Made by a program: the position numbers and the translations under genes | Source of the DNA: a virus | Lineage: Duplodnaviria > Caudoviricetes | Length of the DNA stretch: 64,000 nt | Virus record (IMG/VR): IMGVR_UViG_3300026549_002518 | Location: 394 to 64,393 of that record | Reading direction: 5' to 3' (one strand) | Notes under the pieces: generated by a model | What the model saw: the letters and a program-made list of their open reading frames with translations, nothing else | Told to the model about the DNA's origin: nothing | The model's database searches: none | Part shown: positions 62,813 through 64,000 of the stretch, piece after piece | Numbering within the stretch: the first letter of the stretch is position 1 | How the letters are laid out: each line of letters begins with the position of its first letter

Positions 62813-64000
62813 ATGGGACAACTACAAGAAAAGTACAAACACTATCGTGAGCCTCAGAAGTTTATGGAGGCTGACGTTTATCCTTATTTTCGTGCCATTG
62901 AGGGCAAACAGGGAACCGAAGTAGAAATGGGCGGACACAAAGTGTTGATGTTCGGCTCAAACGCCTATACCGGTCTCACGGGCGACCAGCGCATCATTGA
63001 TGCTGCCAAGGCTGCCCTCGATAAGTATGGCTCAGGCTGTGCCGGTAGCCGTTTCCTCAACGGTACGCTTGACTTGCATGTACAGTTAGAGAAGGAAATT
63101 TCAGAGTTCATCCACAAGGACGACTGCCTCTGCTTCTCTACAGGTTTCTCCGTCAATCAGGGCGTTCTCGCTATGGTTGTCGGCAAGGACGACTATATCA
63201 TCTGTGACGACCGCGACCACGCTAGTATCGTTGACGGACGCCGTCTGTCGTTTGCCCGTCAGCTGCACTACAAGCACAACGACATGGAAGACCTGGAGCG
63301 TGTGCTGCAGAAGCTGCCCCACGACGCTATCAAGCTTATCGTTGTCGACGGTGTGTTCTCGATGGAAGGTGATTTGGCCAAGCTGCCCGAGATTGTCGAG
63401 CTGAAGCACAAGTACAACTGCTCCATCATGGTTGACGAGGCCCACGGCATTGGTGTCTTCGGTGACCACGGACGTGGCGTCTGCGACTATTTCGGACTCA
63501 CCGACGAGGTAGACCTCATCATGGGAACCTTCTCGAAGTCGTTGGCCAGCATCGGCGGTTTCATCGCCTCTGACTGGGACACCATCAACTTCCTGCGTCA
63601 CACCTGCCGCACCTATATCTTCTCGGCTTCTAACACCCCTGCCGCTACGGCTGCAGCACTCGAGGCCCTGCACATCCTGCAGAAGGAGCCTGAGCGTATC
63701 GAGGCCCTGTGGAAGGTTACCAAGTACGCCCTGAAGCGTTTCTCCGAGGAAGGCTTCGAGATTGGCGATACCGAGAGCCCTATCATTCCCCTCTATGTGC
63801 GCGACGTCGACAAGACATTCCTCGTCACCGCCCTCGCGTTCAAGGCTGGTGTCTTCATCAATCCCGTCATTCCGCCCGCTTGTGCTCCTCAGGACACCTT
63901 GGTACGCTATGCCCTCATGGCTACCCATACCGAAGAGCAGGTAGAGCGTTCTGTGAAGGCGCTGAAGAAGATTTTCGTCGAACAGGGCATTATTAAGTAA
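62813..64000 (+). CDS. spt: Serine palmitoyltransferase (PLP-dependent alpha-oxoamine synthase), host gene
   Basis: FGSNAYTGL, GSGCAGSRFLNGT, DGVFSMEGD, DEAHG, GTFSKSLAS; divergent from DAGK as in Bacteroides; promoter element TGTAACTTTGCAG at 62759. Confidence 0.85.
   Translation: MGQLQEKYKHYREPQKFMEADVYPYFRAIEGKQGTEVEMGGHKVLMFGSNAYTGLTGDQRIIDAAKAALDKYGSGCAGSRFLNGTLDLHVQLEKEISEFIHKDDCLCFSTGFSVNQGVLAMVVGKDDYIICDDRDHASIVDGRRLSFARQLHYKHNDMEDLERVLQKLPHDAIKLIVVDGVFSMEGDLAKLPEIVELKHKYNCSIMVDEAHGIGVFGDHGRGVCDYFGLTDEVDLIMGTFSKSLASIGGFIASDWDTINFLRHTCRTYIFSASNTPAATAAALEALHILQKEPERIEALWKVTKYALKRFSEEGFEIGDTESPIIPLYVRDVDKTFLVTALAFKAGVFINPVIPPACAPQDTLVRYALMATHTEEQVERSVKALKKIFVEQGIIK

Noticed and set aside
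61616-64000. Lipid kinase and spt as phage auxiliary metabolic genes
   Set aside because: They lie beyond the tRNA boundary, have higher-GC host codon usage and the usual Bacteroidales arrangement.

Overview
Most of the window (1 to ~61.3 kb) is the right-hand part of a temperate Bacteroidales (Prevotella-like) podovirus-type prophage that abuts the 3' end of a tRNA-Cys(GCA) gene. Host DNA (a YegS/DAGK-family lipid kinase and serine palmitoyltransferase) follows. Left to right the prophage carries: putative ejection proteins; a 7,234-aa polyvalent DarB-like protein (HExxH peptidase-like, inorganic pyrophosphatase-like, zeta-type P-loop kinase, N6-adenine MTase, SNF2 helicase, second zincin, Ser/Thr kinase-like and LPD38-like domains); tail nozzle; rhomboid protease; terminase; adaptor paralogs; portal; scaffold; capsid; a segmented fibre cluster; an internal tyrosine recombinase; a lysogeny switch; replication and early genes; and a lysis cassette. 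The most striking unexplained signal is inside the 21.7-kb gene. Five small, protein-like ORFs are overprinted in the same +1 frame exactly where the giant protein turns into low-complexity linker. Bacteroidetes TAnnTTTG promoter elements lie upstream of several of them, two identical over 13 bp to the host spt promoter element. This suggests a hidden set of nested genes, possibly inhibitors/antitoxins of the neighbouring enzymatic domains. Other notable signals: a perfect tRNA-Ala-like minihelix (G3.U70, ACCA) between fibre genes, a capsid protein with a signal/TM leader alongside a phage rhomboid, daisy-chain terminal motifs in the fibre genes, a conserved late-promoter box, and a 21-bp direct repeat bounding an in-frame 4.3-kb domain cassette. 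All domain calls come from motif recognition by eye; no database searches were run.
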